DNA from: Curvularia clavata
Taxonomy: Eukaryota
Assembly (NCBI GenBank): GCA_023920165.1
Contig: CP089281.1
Span: 1,426,001 to 1,490,000, forward strand
Direction of reading: 5' to 3'
Length of the DNA: 64,000 nt
Shown here: positions 1 to 12,434 of the stretch, piece by piece
How positions within the stretch are numbered: the first letter of the stretch is position 1
Layout: every line of letters starts with the position of its first letter
Notes under the pieces: generated by a model
Told to the model about the DNA's origin: nothing
Seen by the model: only the letters and a program-made list of their open reading frames with translations
Database searches by the model: none
Made by a program: the position numbers and the translations under genes

Positions 1-894
1 GCAGTCCGGAGTAACCATAACGACTGCGCCAACCCGAAGCGTCATAGCGCCAGTGACGTCTGGCCTCGACCTGGCCCTCGCTGCTCGCTCTCTGCCCGCT
101 GCCATTCATAGCACAAACCCGCCCGGTGCACGTTGTAAACCTTTCATCTCACCACCTGAGCCCTCGGCGTGTCCAGTTCACCCTGAAATTACGACACAAA
201 ATCCCTCGTCTCGTCGGCATCCCCTGCGAACTCTTCTCATGCACACAGATGCAACTGAGCTGGCGCTGCTGCCCGAACCACCAAAAACCAGTTTATGCGC
301 AAACAAAGCCACACGTTGCTGCAGCACCCGATGCACACTGCCCATAGCTCGCTCGTCGGGTTCCAGCCTTACATAGGCACAAGGGAATATCCATACTGTT
401 TTACTTGTACTGCGGGAATCCCACGCGACAGTCAGGGATGAAGGATGCCCAGGCCAGCGAATCATGTCACTGCTAGGCATGAACCCATCGCAATCTTCTC
501 GCCTCGGCCAATCAAGAGCATCCGCTCCAGCTATGCCCGTTGCCTCACGTGAGCCCCCTGATCTCTTGAACGGCTCTCCGCTCCACATCTGCCAGCTGCC
601 CCCATTATGTGAAGCCCTAGACATATTGCTTTTTCGCGGGGTAGAAAGTGCCCGCTTGCCTTGCTCTCCAACGTAGGGTGTTTGCCCACTGAACCGCTGT
701 GCTTCTCGACAAAGTCTCTCTCTATGCATGTGACAGACGGCTAAACCTACAGCCCAAGATGAGATACTCGAAACTTGGCGAAACATTGGACTGGAGCCTC
801 AAACTGACAGTATGAACATTATCATTTACATATTAAATCATAGAAAGTATTTGTCATGTAGAAAAGCTCGCTCGTGTCATTGAAGCAAAACTCC

Positions 895-3743
895 TTAAAC
901 GGGGCTCGTCTGGTCGCCCTGGCAGCTTCCTGTAGCCGTACCACACCTCAAATGCAAGTCATCTGAAGAACCACCAATCCAAACCCCATAGTCGCCGTCA
1001 ACAGCAGGAATCACCCAGTTCTGCTCTACAACATCCCAGATGCTCAGGTCCTTGCGTGTCAGTCGCAGCTTCAACGTCTGGCTGGCGCCGGCGGCAAGCG
1101 ACGATGTCTTTGCAAAGTCTCGTAGCTGGATGATAGGCGTATCGACTGTGCTCTGGCCGGGGAACTGCAAGTAGAGCTGCGCGACCGCCTTGCCAGCACG
1201 GTTACCAGTGTTGGTCACCTTGACAGAAACGTCGTATGCCACATCAAAGAGAGCAGGGTTGCCACCTTGAGCACCGCCTGCCGCTGGGCCAGCCTTTTGC
1301 ACATTGGAGTAGCCGGCAGGGTAGGGATAGGTCGAAGTAGAGTTTCCAATCTTCGCAGCAGCGTCGGCATCGTTCTTGTCAAGCCACGAGTACAAGTAGC
1401 GCCAGATGCGGTTGAAGTTGTCTGGCCAATAAGCCTCTGAAGCAGGCGGGATTGCAGTTGAATAGGATGGCGTCGAGCCCTTTGCTGGGCGTGTCGGAGG
1501 CGTCCTGCTGAGTGGCGTCACAGGTGTTATGGTTGCGTCGGAGAAGGAAAAGGTCGTGTAGCTGAGACCGTGGCCAAAGGCATAGCGGGGTGTCACGTTG
1601 GCCTTGTGGAAGTGGCGATAATCAATGTAGAGACCCTCTGTGAACGTATCCTGAGGCTGGCCAAGCTGGTATCCTACAAGATTCACAGAGTTGGGGTAGT
1701 CAGACTCGGCCATAGGGAGGGTGTAAGGCAAGTGGCCAGATGGAGAGACGTCGCCGTATAGAACCTGCATCAAGGAGTTTCCTGCTTCTTGGCCAGGCAG
1801 ATGGGCAAAGACGACTGCCTTGACCGAAGGCAGATCATGCCATTCGTTCATGAGGATGGGACCAACAGTGTGTACTACCACGACAACGTTTGAGTACTTG
1901 GCAGCAACGTCCTTGACGAGCTTGTCACCGTTGTGCCACAGGTTCAAGTTGGCGGAAGTACGATCTCCTGGGTTACCCTCGACCGTGATGTAGTTTTCTC
2001 CCGAGTCGGCGGTAACAAAGACAACTGCAGTGTCGTTTGGAGATGGGTTCGAATTACCCGGGAAAGAGTCGGTGTTGAAGAACTGATAGTTGGCACCGCG
2101 AGCCTTGAAGCCATCAATGGGCGAGTCCATGTATGGGTAGCGAGCGCTGCCACTTCCCCAGCCCATTCCCAAAGTGCCCTTGTTACAGCCCTGGTCAGCA
2201 CACGAGTTGATACCGTCGGGGTTCTTTTCGGCGTCGGTTCCGAAGATCTTGAGAGTGGCATTTGCGCTGAGTGGCAGGATGTTGCCCTGGTTCTTCAGCA
2301 ACGTAATGGCGTCTCGGGCTACCTCGCGTGCGACTTCGGCGTGGTTGCCCTGGACATCGACAAATTCGTTCACCACACCCGATGGCGAGATGAGTGCTCC
2401 AGGGTAGAGCGGGCCCTCGGCATTCTGGGTATTGGTGTCGAAGTTGGGCCTGGGATAGTTTTGGTCCTGGCCCATTTTGAAGTAGGTGGCTAGAACGCGT
2501 GTCACGGCATCGTCCAAGCGGTCCACGGGAACTGAGCCGTTAAGCACAGATCGAGTTTGCTCATACATCCAGTATGAGTTTCCGAGAACAAGAGGGATGT
2601 CATTGCGGTCTCCAGGCATAGACATATCCAAGCCGGCAAGGGTTGAGCTAACACCAGAGATTTGGGCTAGCCAGTCCGACATGACAAAGCCTTGGAAACC
2701 AAGCTCATCTTTCAAGATTCCATTAATCAAATAACTGTTTTGCGCGCACGCGCTTCCGTTGACGGCATTGTAGGCAATCATTACTGAGCCAACACCGGAA
2801 CGCACACCTAGTAGATATGTTAGCCTCGCTGCGCCTTGTCTTACTCGTTACGTATCATTGTCGCCGTTTTATCAAAAGAAGGGGAGTAATATACGCATAT
2901 CGGCCATTCTCGAGGGAAATGAGTTTCGGCTTACCTTCTGCGAACGGCCAGAGATAGAGCTCGTGAAGGGTACGGTCATCGACATTCGATGAAATACCTG
3001 GCTTCACAATGTTCCACATACGGTACATTTCTTGCTCATTCGCAATCAAATGCTTAATCGTGGCAATGACGCCAGTGCTCTGGATGCCTTCTACAGACAG
3101 CGCACCTCCGAAAGCCTGAAGAACCGGGTCTGACCCGAAACCTTCCCAGTCTGGAGCAATTGTAAGCGATTTGACACTGAGAAACATCTTGTTCGAGATA
3201 CATACTTCTGCCGCCTCGTGGCTTGCGTCCGAGAGGACCAACACTCGGTCCCAAATGGATGTTAACGCCTTTACCGCGGAATTCCTCGCCTATCGCCACG
3301 GCACGTCGGTACATGAGATCTTTGTCCCACGTAGCACCGACTGTGATACCTGGTGGGAAAGCAGTGTTGTGGTCGGTATTTCTTACGCCCAAGGGTCCAT
3401 CTTGCAAGCAGAGCTGAGGAATACCGACTCTCAAGGCGCTGCCAGTGTTTCCAACGCAGCGACCCATAAAGATTCCTGTTCCAGCCGTCATGTTTGTCTT
3501 CTCGGCGAGTGTCATGTTGGAGACAAGAAGAGACGCTTTTCGGTAACTCTCGGCCCAGTCTGATACCCATCCCCCATGAGGTGCTTTTTCGAACGTTAGT
3601 ATCCCGAACTAGAAAATTGGACTCTTGAACAACGTACCTGGGTAGTAGGGCGGTGCGACGTATCCTTGTGGCACAGGATCGCGAGGCTGAATAGCAGCAC
3701 CTGACGCGAGGCCAGAAAGTGACAAGAGAAGAAGGGAGGCCAT
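895..3743 (-). CDS. BGL1: Secreted GH3 beta-glucosidase (multi-exon); MAT-flanking BGL1-type gene
   Basis: Signal peptide [21 protein letters not shown] from ATG 3743. GH3 motifs [11 protein letters not shown], [27 protein letters not shown] (nucleophile Asp) and [10 protein letters not shown]. First intron 3584-3637, further introns near 3.15-3.2 kb and 2.8-2.93 kb. Confidence 0.95.
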
Positions 3744-5747
3744 GATGGAAGAACGACCTGTTGTAACAAAAGCGTACGGCTCCAGTCACAAGGCGTTCAG
3801 ATGTCTATTGGTTTGGTACAATGTACGAACCAAAGGTCAATCACAAGCAACCCTCGACGATACCGTGGACGACACTCCGAGTCACTTTGAACGGGCGAAC
3901 ATGACCTCTGTATATAGAACCCCGCAACACCATGTCTGCGTGTATGTCGGCGTACTACCAAGGCAAAGCGTGCGCTAGCTATGGGGCTATGAAATAGTGA
4001 TGGACATGCACGTTACGCGAACGACGTATGCAGACATATGACCGAGGACGATTATCACGTATACCGGGGTCGAGATTGGGCCGGATAAAGATCGGTTTGT
4101 TCACACTTGAAAGCGGCTGACAGGGGTGGAGACGTCGCGCGCAACCTCGAAGTACGAACGAGGCATGTGAACAGGACAAAATGTACGAATGACGGTCAGA
4201 ACACGACTGCTGTATTTTCTTCTGAAATATGCTTTTCGTGTGTACACGTGTGAGTCGATCCGATGCCGCGAAACAACCAAGCTCGCTTCTGGGTGTGGCG
4301 CTTCAGCACTTGCTTTAACTCTGATCGCGGCTGGTCTTTGTGTCACACGACATTCTGATCTGCCCGTCCGTATGACTTGTAGCCGTGTGTAAACTTCTTT
4401 TTCCATCCTTGTCGTATCGAAGTGCCTGAATATGTCAACATGCTCCGCTGGCTGTCAAACGCTATTTGGTGGAAATTGTAATCGTGTCTTTACCATGCGG
4501 TTGGTCTCTGCAAGCCAGCCACCAGGACGCCACGTACCAGAACCCATACCGTACCTGATAATCGGCTTTCAGCTGTGCTCCTGCTTGGGTCACTTGCATG
4601 CGTCCACGGCAAGCCCGGAATGCCATGCCATAAGGTCTGGATACCCGATCGGCGGAATTGCGGGGTGTGCACGAGTAAGGAAAGATAGACAGGCACAGAA
4701 ACGGGTACCAGGCTCGGTTGTAGTTAGCGTTACGTGGGTTTCCCCTTTCTGCGCACGCCACACCCATTCTGTGTCTTCTCCGTTGCGATCCATCCGCATT
4801 TCGGATGCGCATGACCTCATTTTCAATTATCTGTATATTATGCATGTAGGGTGTTCTGGGGTCAAGTATCGAAACCTGTCTTAGCATCATATATGTACAA
4901 GTCAATATGTACACTAGTACTCCGTAGTGTGTCTGCTACAGCGTCTATCGCGAACATATGGATACGCATACGTGCTCGATACGGTGCCAAGGGGTCGGAT
5001 CTCTTCAGCCTTGCAGCGGTTACGCGCCAGGATTCTGGTGACTACTGTGTGAAAGGCGTAACCTCTACCCACGTGTGGATATATTCAAGAGTCTACGGAA
5101 CTTCGTGCGGTACAGAGTAGGCATCTCCAGGCGTCTTCCATAAACTATCTGTGAACCCACAACGGCAACTGTTCAGTTCATTGTAAGAGGCGGCCACGAA
5201 CAGGCAGCTGAGGCCTGGGCGGGCGCCAGATTGCAAGACGTAGCTCAGTAATGCGTGGTTTCAATGATGAGTGTCGCAAGTAGAATCGTGCCAGCCGTTC
5301 ATACCTCGAACAGAGTTCATTGCGCGTGCATTGCTCGGCACTGCAAGGCCTTCCTTGTATAGCTCCAGGCACATGATGCCATCGTCAAAGAGACATTAAC
5401 GCTTACAGAGTCATTGTGCACATCAAGTCATTCTTTGACAAGGATCGCAGCTAGGTACACGCGACGCAAGCGACACAGCTTCACGAACCCAGTGACACAT
5501 GACACGAGACACAGGGCACCTCAAGAGTAGCAGTTGGCATAAGAGGATAGTCAAAACACCATACGCATATTCGTCTCTAGAGGCCAATCACCACACTTGA
5601 CAGGCATGCTCACGGGTTGGGAGTCACAGCATCGAGGGCACACCCTGAGTGGAAGACAAGCAACCCACATCACAGCAGCAGAGAAAAGAGTATATGGGGC
5701 ACAGGATGGAATTGTTTGATCACTATCTACTTTCAGACGAGGGGCGA

Positions 5748-5924
5748 CCTGTCCACGCTGGTACAAGCAACCAGAAAGCTTATGCCATGATCCTAAACCT
5801 CTCCACACTGGTACGAACAACCAGAAGACCCATGCCGTGATGATCGTCTGCTCTCAGACTTGAAAAACCCTATGAAAATCCTCCGCACTGGTACATGTTA
5901 CCAGAAGGCCGATGCCATGATCCT
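5748..5924. repeat. Three dispersed ~43-bp direct repeats with an internal inverted core, downstream of MAT1-1-1
   Basis: Copies start at 5751, 5801 and 5881 and share TCC-R-C-R-CTGGTAC-N5-ACCAGAA-RR-C-NN-ATGCC-R-TGAT. Confidence 0.9.
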
Positions 5925-6138
5925 GATTACAAAACAAAAAGGGGAATAGTGCTCTTCAACCTACAAGACCCTCCACCGTTGACGTCGTCCTTTTGGGGTA
6001 CGTTTGAACGTGAGCCCGATACGATGTTAGAGAAGCTTGAAGATGCTGTTCCCACTACCACGAGTGCTCAACGCCGAGTGAATGTAGATGGGGAATGACC
6101 TTGAGAGGCTCCGCTAGCATCCGTATGCAAGTGGGTCC

Positions 6139-7277
6139 TTAGGCATGTGCGACATCGTCGAATACAGGAAGGGTGACATCTTCGTTGGCACCGAAACGGA
6201 ATGCATCGTAGTCGATAAGCTCTGGCATATCGGTAACGAAGTTGTTCATTCCGAGGTATGCCTTGCCGCTATCGACAAAAAGGTGGTTAGACAGTGGTGC
6301 ACCATCTGGGTATCCGACATTGGCCTGTTCCATGGCCATATGCTCAAAGATGAGGTTGTTCACACCCTCGTAGAACGGCGTGAAGTCAAAATCGGGAAGA
6401 GGGTCAGGGCCAACGAGAGTAGCGACGGCCTGTACGTGAGCCATCTCGCGATGGAGGGTTTCCTGAAACTCCCTAGCCGAGGATGACTCAGCTATGGACA
6501 TGTTATGTTCCTCCGGAAGAGCCTGATCTTCCTCCAGGAGAGCCTGATCTTCCTCCGAAGCAGGCAAGTTGGCCGACTGTCCAAGGAAGGTTGGCGAGGT
6601 GTCATTAGTAATGGGAATGTACGCCGGAGCATATCCCGCTTTGCGGACAAAGGTGATGATGTCCTCGACAGAGAGTGCTAGATCAATGTAACTACTGCCG
6701 ACAGATGCAGACTTGGAATCGATACTTTCGACAAGTGTGGGATCTCCCTCTTGATTGACAACGAGGATCCATCCATGCAAGTCCAGGTAGGAGGCAGGGT
6801 CGGGCAGCTTGAGGTGAGGACAGATGAGGTTGAAGAACGCGTCAAGCGGAGCTTGGTCTTTGCCGACTTGATCACGAATGTTGGACCATGCCCTTGCCAT
6901 CAAGGACCAAAGGGACTTGTTTGGGTCACGATCCCATAGAAGGCTGATCAGGTTCGAAAGCTTCTTCATAGGCCACTGTTTGAAGGCTGGAATCGTGATG
7001 TAGTAGCCTGTAATGTTCCAATTAGCTCATGCTGCATGTAGATGTACAATACAGACTTACAGCGAAATCCAACGAAGGCGTTGAGGGCTTTCTTCGCTCT
7101 GGGCGGAACAGTGGGCTCGACGCTCTTGGCAGGGTTGATTGTGAGCAGTTTGGCTGTAAAGGCAAACTGAGCAGCTGGTTCTTTGATGCAGCGCATCAAC
7201 TGTAGCATCTGAGCACTAGTACGAGTAGCCAGAAATCGGGCAATCTCATCCTCGGTAGGCTCTCTTGCTGAATCCAT
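6139..7277 (-). CDS. MAT1-1-1: Mating-type protein MAT1-1-1 (alpha-box), ~361 aa; exons 7277-7061 and 7007-6139
   Basis: Alpha-box KKALNAFVGFRC|YYITIPAFKQWPMKKLSNLISLLWDRDPNKSLWSLMARAWS. A 53-bp GT..AG intron (7008-7060) splits the Cys codon, the usual alpha-box position. Flanked by ORF1/GAP1 and BGL1. Confidence 0.97.
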
Positions 7278-7397
7278 AGCGGATGATTGGTGAAAGAAGT
7301 TGTCGTTGATGTTTGGGCACAGGTTGGGAAAGCCACGAGTGGTTGAGGGTAGGGAAGTGTTTGTGGAGTGGACAAAACAAACTGGGCAGGTCGAGGG

Positions 7398-7403
7398 TTT
7401 ATA
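7398..7403 (-). promoter_or_regulatory. Candidate TATA box of MAT1-1-1
   Basis: TATAAA on the minus strand ~120 bp upstream of the ATG. A CCAAT (minus strand) lies at 7774-7778. Confidence 0.4.
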
Positions 7404-8385
7404 TCTGTGGGAGCTACTCCGTTTGCCTGCTGGCGCCAAGCCTTCTCTCGGGCAAAAGTCTCGCTCTCGCTGGGAGCAAACGGACAGCTCTCCTCGTTCA
7501 CCTCGAGATGTTCGCCTGGAGCCCTCTGGCAAACACGTGGGGCGGGGGAGGAGTGGGTCCGCAGTCTGCTGGGAGGCTGTCGTCTGGGGTAACCACGTGG
7601 CTAGGCGAGCCGATAACGGGCTGGATTCGAGGAATGAGGGTGAGTTGTGGGGCTAGGAGCGTTTGCTGCATGAAACGGCCGTTGGTGCCTGGGCAGGATG
7701 GTCAGGCTTAGTACGGTGGGAGTGGTGAGAGTGAGTAAAGGGCCACGAGCTGGCAAAGGCGGTGCCTCACCTCATTGGCCAGAAAAAAGAGCGTATTTAT
7801 GCAAATTGGGATTCACTGCTGGTGATGTGTGAGTCGTGGCATGGTGAGATGTGTGGCAAGTGACGTAGGCACTAGGCCTTGTGGGATACAGAAGAAAGGA
7901 GAGGAATGCGAGCCACAAGCTCTGAAGAAGTTGGCTTTTGATCCAAGACTTGATATATGAGACAAAGGAAATAGGAAGGCGCCACAGGCCGATTAGTACT
8001 AAGACAAGTCGATGTGATTTGGCGCTCCACGTGCGGCAGCCACTTCAGTTCAGGAAGGTACCCCCTTGCATAAGAGACATCACTGAGTGGCGAGTTTGCA
8101 CGAATTCCTGCAGTCCGATTTGATGCCTGTGCATGTATTTCAAGCAAAGACTACATGGCTTGCCAGTGTCTGGCGTGATGTGGTGGTGGCGGGAACGGCT
8201 GGACCCGGTAGACATACTTCAGGACAGGTACGGCGCAGAACACCGTCTTGTACTAGGCGCCTTGCACAGGCAAGCCCTGCGAGGGACACTCAGCTGAAGC
8301 ATGTAGCTGCTATGAGACACATGGAAACATAGCTTCAGACTACACAATATACGCATTTTCGTACCTGTGGTCAACAAGAAAACCG

Positions 8386-9274
8386 TTACGCTGTGCCGTT
8401 TGGCAGAGAACCTTGGGTGCTGTCTGACAGCCTCCAATCTCGCACTTGACCTTTCCAATCTGCAATCCTTCCGTCACGAATCTTGACAATCACCACTCTG
8501 ACCTCTGCTCCGTCCAGATAGCATTGGGCCCCTCCTTCGCCCTCGCCTGGGCCCCCTTCGGTTGCAGCTCTACCACCCCACAATCCCTCTCCACCTGGGG
8601 ATGTCGAGTAGACATCCTCTGCGCCGTCACCAAAGGTATTGTTAGCTACATGTTGAGCCTTGTACCATTTCTCTTCTTCTGAGCCAGATGGAATTAGCTC
8701 GGCAGTGCCATTGATGGTGGTGCTGATTCGACTCAACGATGCCGTGTTCATGCCGAGGAGAAGCTCGGCCAGTGATCCAGAGCGAGGCGCGGGCCGGGTT
8801 GGCGATGGCGAGCGGCCTGGCTGGTTGAGAGTGGGCGGTCGATGAGATATCCAGTCATGCACCAAGAGAGACACAAGTGAGTTGGACTCGAGGTTTTGAG
8901 TCTTGCGGGATGATGCAGGTGTTGTCAGGATGATGATCGGACTTGAAGAGTAAGGCGTGCTAGGCAGATAGGTGTAGTTCATGAGCGAGACATGGGGAAT
9001 ATTTTCCGAGCATGTTGCAAGATGAAGCTATTACATCCATCAGAATCAATTCGCAACAAGAAAGCGATGAAATGCACAAGAGCACGTGACACCAAGACAA
9101 ATAACCATTCGAGACAAGATAAGGGGATGACGGGAGGGAAATGGGAGAGTGTAGTCTATGCTGAAACGTATTTGACGAGGGAAAGATAGGACGAGAATGC
9201 TTGCAAGATGGAATACTCACAAAACGGGCATTCTGCAAGCAGGTTATCACTTCCTCAGGCAAGCCGTGGGACAT
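8386..9274 (-). CDS. Pyridoxamine 5'-phosphate oxidase-like protein (MAT-adjacent 'ORF1', YLR456W-like); intron 9028-9220
   Basis: Spliced N-terminus MSHGLPEEVITCLQNARF|LHLATCSENIPHVSLMNYTY, then SRKTQNLESNSLVSLLVHDW and GRIADWKG. Sits next to MAT as in Pleosporales. Confidence 0.9.
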
Positions 9275-9505
9275 GATGGGCGTCAGAATGAGGACAGCAG
9301 TGTCCAAGACAAGAAAACAAGGGGCACGGTCCTGCACAAGAGTCCGGGAGATGCGAGGCGGGCGATGCTTGGGTGATCGGCTGCGATGGGGTGGCAGTCA
9401 GAAGCTGACAGCGGGAACGATGACGTTGGCGCCGTCGGTCCAACTCTCCACCTGACGCCTGACGGGTTGCGCGTCCCCCAATGTTAACGTTGGCACACCA
9501 CCATC

Positions 9506-11749
9506 ATGGCTTCTGAGTCCGCGCCTACACTTCCGCCCATGGAGAGCACCGATACCTTCAATCCAGAATTCAACAGCGCATCTGACCCCCCAAAAGATGG
9601 CGCCCTTACCTCTCCGACCGACGAGCCCGCTCCGACGTCGCCCGACCAGCGGACTGCTCCCCAGGATGCGCATACCCAACAGCGCGTCCACGAGATCCTG
9701 CACTCGGATGTAGGCGTTGCGACACTGCTGAATCGCCTCAAGGCCAGCATTGCGAGCGCCAGGGTCAGTGGACATGTACTTGAATTATGCAGCACACCCC
9801 GCTCACATACGTGGTAGGACTTCGCCGGCTTCTTGAAGCGCCGAGGCGCCCTCGAGGAAGAGCACGCAGGCAGCCTCAAGAAACTCAGTCGCATGACCCT
9901 CGACGGCGTGCGCAAGCCTGATACACGACACGAGAGCTACCAGACGCAGTTTGAGCAGGTCCTCCATGCCAACGAGCGCATCGCCGACAATGGCACCCAA
10001 TTCGGGCTCGCCCTGCACGCCATGCATGAGAACCTGTTGCAGCTGGCCAACAAGATGGATGGCAACCGCAAGACCTGGAAGCAGCAGGGACTGTCTGCCG
10101 AGAACAAGGTACAAGAGGCTGAACGGCTGGCGGAGAAGGCAAAGGCCAAGTACGACCAGCTAGCTGAAGACCTCGACCGTGTCAAGACGGGTGACACCGG
10201 CGCAGGCAGGAAGTTTGGTTTGAAAGGACCCAAGTCAGCCGCGCAGCACGAGGAGGATCTCCAGCGTAAGACACAGGCGGCAGACCAGGATTATTCCAGC
10301 AAAGTGCAGACAGCGCAGGCCTTGCGCAAGGAGCTTGTGGCGACTCTGCGACCCCAGGCCGTCTCTGCACTCCTAGACCTGATTAAAGAAACCGATGCCG
10401 CACTCACCATGGAGATGCAGAAATTTGGTAAGTCTGTCACCTCTGAATCAAAGACCCAGCTCACACAGTCTTAGCCTCGTTCAACGAGAAGCTTGTTGTC
10501 AACAATGGCCAGGTTGTCACACCACAGCCGCTCAAGGGCAGCACTGCTCACCCTCCACCCAGCATCAACCAGCTCATCTACCAGATCAACAACGAGCGAG
10601 ACTTTGAGGAGTTCGTCTTGAGCCAGGGATCCAAGGGGCCCTTGTCCAAATCGGAGCTTCAATATGTCAAGCATCCAACCCAGTCGCAGACACGGTCTCA
10701 TCCAACAGCACCAGCTGGAAACGGTCGTCCTTCGATGCAGCTGCAGAGCCAGCCGCCACCACCGACCTTCTCCATGCCGCAATCAGAGCCCAACCCTACT
10801 TCGCCCTTGCAGCCGACCATTACACATGTCGAATCCTCACAGCAGCCTTCATTTGGGTCTTTTTCACAGCCACCGCCTCTGTCGATGCCACACCAAGCAC
10901 CGCAGCCTCAGCCGGCGCCATATCCCACTGGCCCGTACTCGCCCACAACCCAAAAAGCCTACCCACCAGCCGATTATCCGCGTGGACCGGCCGGTCAGGC
11001 TACAGCACAGCAGACTAGCGGCGTGCTCTACAACAGCAGCCAACCTCCCGTCAATCCTGTCTTTGGTGTCACCCTGGAAGAACTGTTCCGGCGAGACGGC
11101 TCGCCTGTACCCATGGTGGTCTACCAATGCATTCAAGCGGTAGATCTCTATGGATTGGAGGTAGAGGGAATCTATCGCATTCCTGGAACCTCATCGCATA
11201 TCCAGCAGATGAAGGCTTTGTTTGACAGTGGTATGTTACATCAATAAGTTGCGTTGGTTGGTCAAGCTAACACGGAGCAGATGCGTCCCAGGTTGATTTC
11301 CGGAATCCAGAATCCTTCCAGCATGACGTGAATAGTGTCGCGGGCTTGCTGAAACAGTTCTTCCGGGAGCTTCCTGACCCACTTCTCACGCGCGAATTTT
11401 ACGGCAAGTACATCGACGCGGCACGAATCGACGACGATACGATGCGCCGAGACTCGATGCATGCTCTTATCAACGCTTTGCCTGACCCGAACTACGCGAC
11501 GCTCCGAGCGCTTGTTTTGCATTTGCACCGGGTGCAACAATCCTCAGAGATTAATCGCATGAGCACTGCGAACCTGGCCATTTGTTGGGCGTAAGTAAGA
11601 CCAGTCGAACCATGCCACGTCAACTAACTGTATACAGACCGTCTATCATGGGCCCTCACAAAGGCAGCAACATGGCTGATGCCGGACTGCAAGCCCGTGT
11701 CATCATCACCATCTTGGACAATGCACTTCAGATATTCGACGAGGACTAA
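9506..11749 (+). CDS. GAP1: F-BAR/FCH plus RhoGAP protein (MAT-linked GAP1; Rgd1-like), multi-exon
   Basis: FCH-like FLKRRGALEEEHAGSLKKL and a coiled coil. RhoGAP motifs VFGVTL..VPMVVYQCI..GLEVEGIYRIPG, AGLLKQFFRELPDPL and NRMSTANLAICW. Stop TAA 11747-11749. Confidence 0.93.
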
Positions 11750-12434
11750 ACAGGCTGGGACATATCGGATCACTAATCTCACTGAGAGATGTGTACCTGC
11801 AGCAGGCGCCACTGGTCGTTCAAAGTCGTACCCGGCGACTGTCCGCTACCATTGGCCCTTGCAGACGCCGCATGCCCTAAGCATAAGGCAGGACGACTGC
11901 TGTGCCCGAGTAGTGCAAACAATGTTTCCAGCTGTGAGTGAATGGCGAGAGATATGTAACATTAGTGGAAATTGGCAGACTTCACAGTACACTGGACAAT
12001 TTCTCAGTGAGAAGAGAGGTCGGCGACACCAGCACCAAGCCCGAAGACAGCTCGTGCTTGCAAATGGGTTCAAGAGATTATCAGCAGTAGACAGTGTGAT
12101 GTTGCGCGCTGTAAATAACCAACCAATCACGATGAACGTGTATGGCTTAATCTCAGCTGTTGCACAGCAAATTTCACCCTCTCCTTGCGTGTCGAGCGAC
12201 CAAGCAATATACGATGCAGCATTACGTAGGCGGTCATGGGCGGGTGGAGACGTTCGTCTATAGTGGGGCACACTTACCCCAGTGTCCCGGCGCGCTAGCT
12301 AGCGCGACAGGGAGAGCTGGGGGGTAGATGAGGGGAAGCTCCAGCCAGTACGCCCATGCCGCTTCACATACACGCTGACATCAACGATTTCGCCGTTGAT
12401 TCCAGTCCTGGCCTCCTACTCTACCCTCAACACC

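Noticed and set aside
178..786. 202-aa minus-strand ORF and overlapping small ORFs
   Set aside because: No recognisable domain or clear codon bias, so coding status cannot be supported.
3800..5700. Several 60-150 aa ORFs between BGL1 and MAT (possible extra MAT gene or APN2 relic)
   Set aside because: No recognisable motifs. The region is consistent with BGL1 promoter/intergenic DNA.
5748..5924. CRISPR-like reading of the palindromic repeats
   Set aside because: The genome is eukaryotic, there are only three degenerate copies, spacer lengths are very unequal, and no cas genes are present.
5895..6098. ORF containing HDPDYK, superficially like the HPDYKY end of a MAT1-2-1 HMG box
   Set aside because: No other HMG motifs are present. 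The peptide comes from the third repeat copy and runs antisense to the MAT 3' flank.
6966..7532. Long N-terminal extension of MAT1-1-1 in the ORF track
   Set aside because: It begins at a non-ATG codon and spans the TATA candidate. ATG 7277 is the plausible start.
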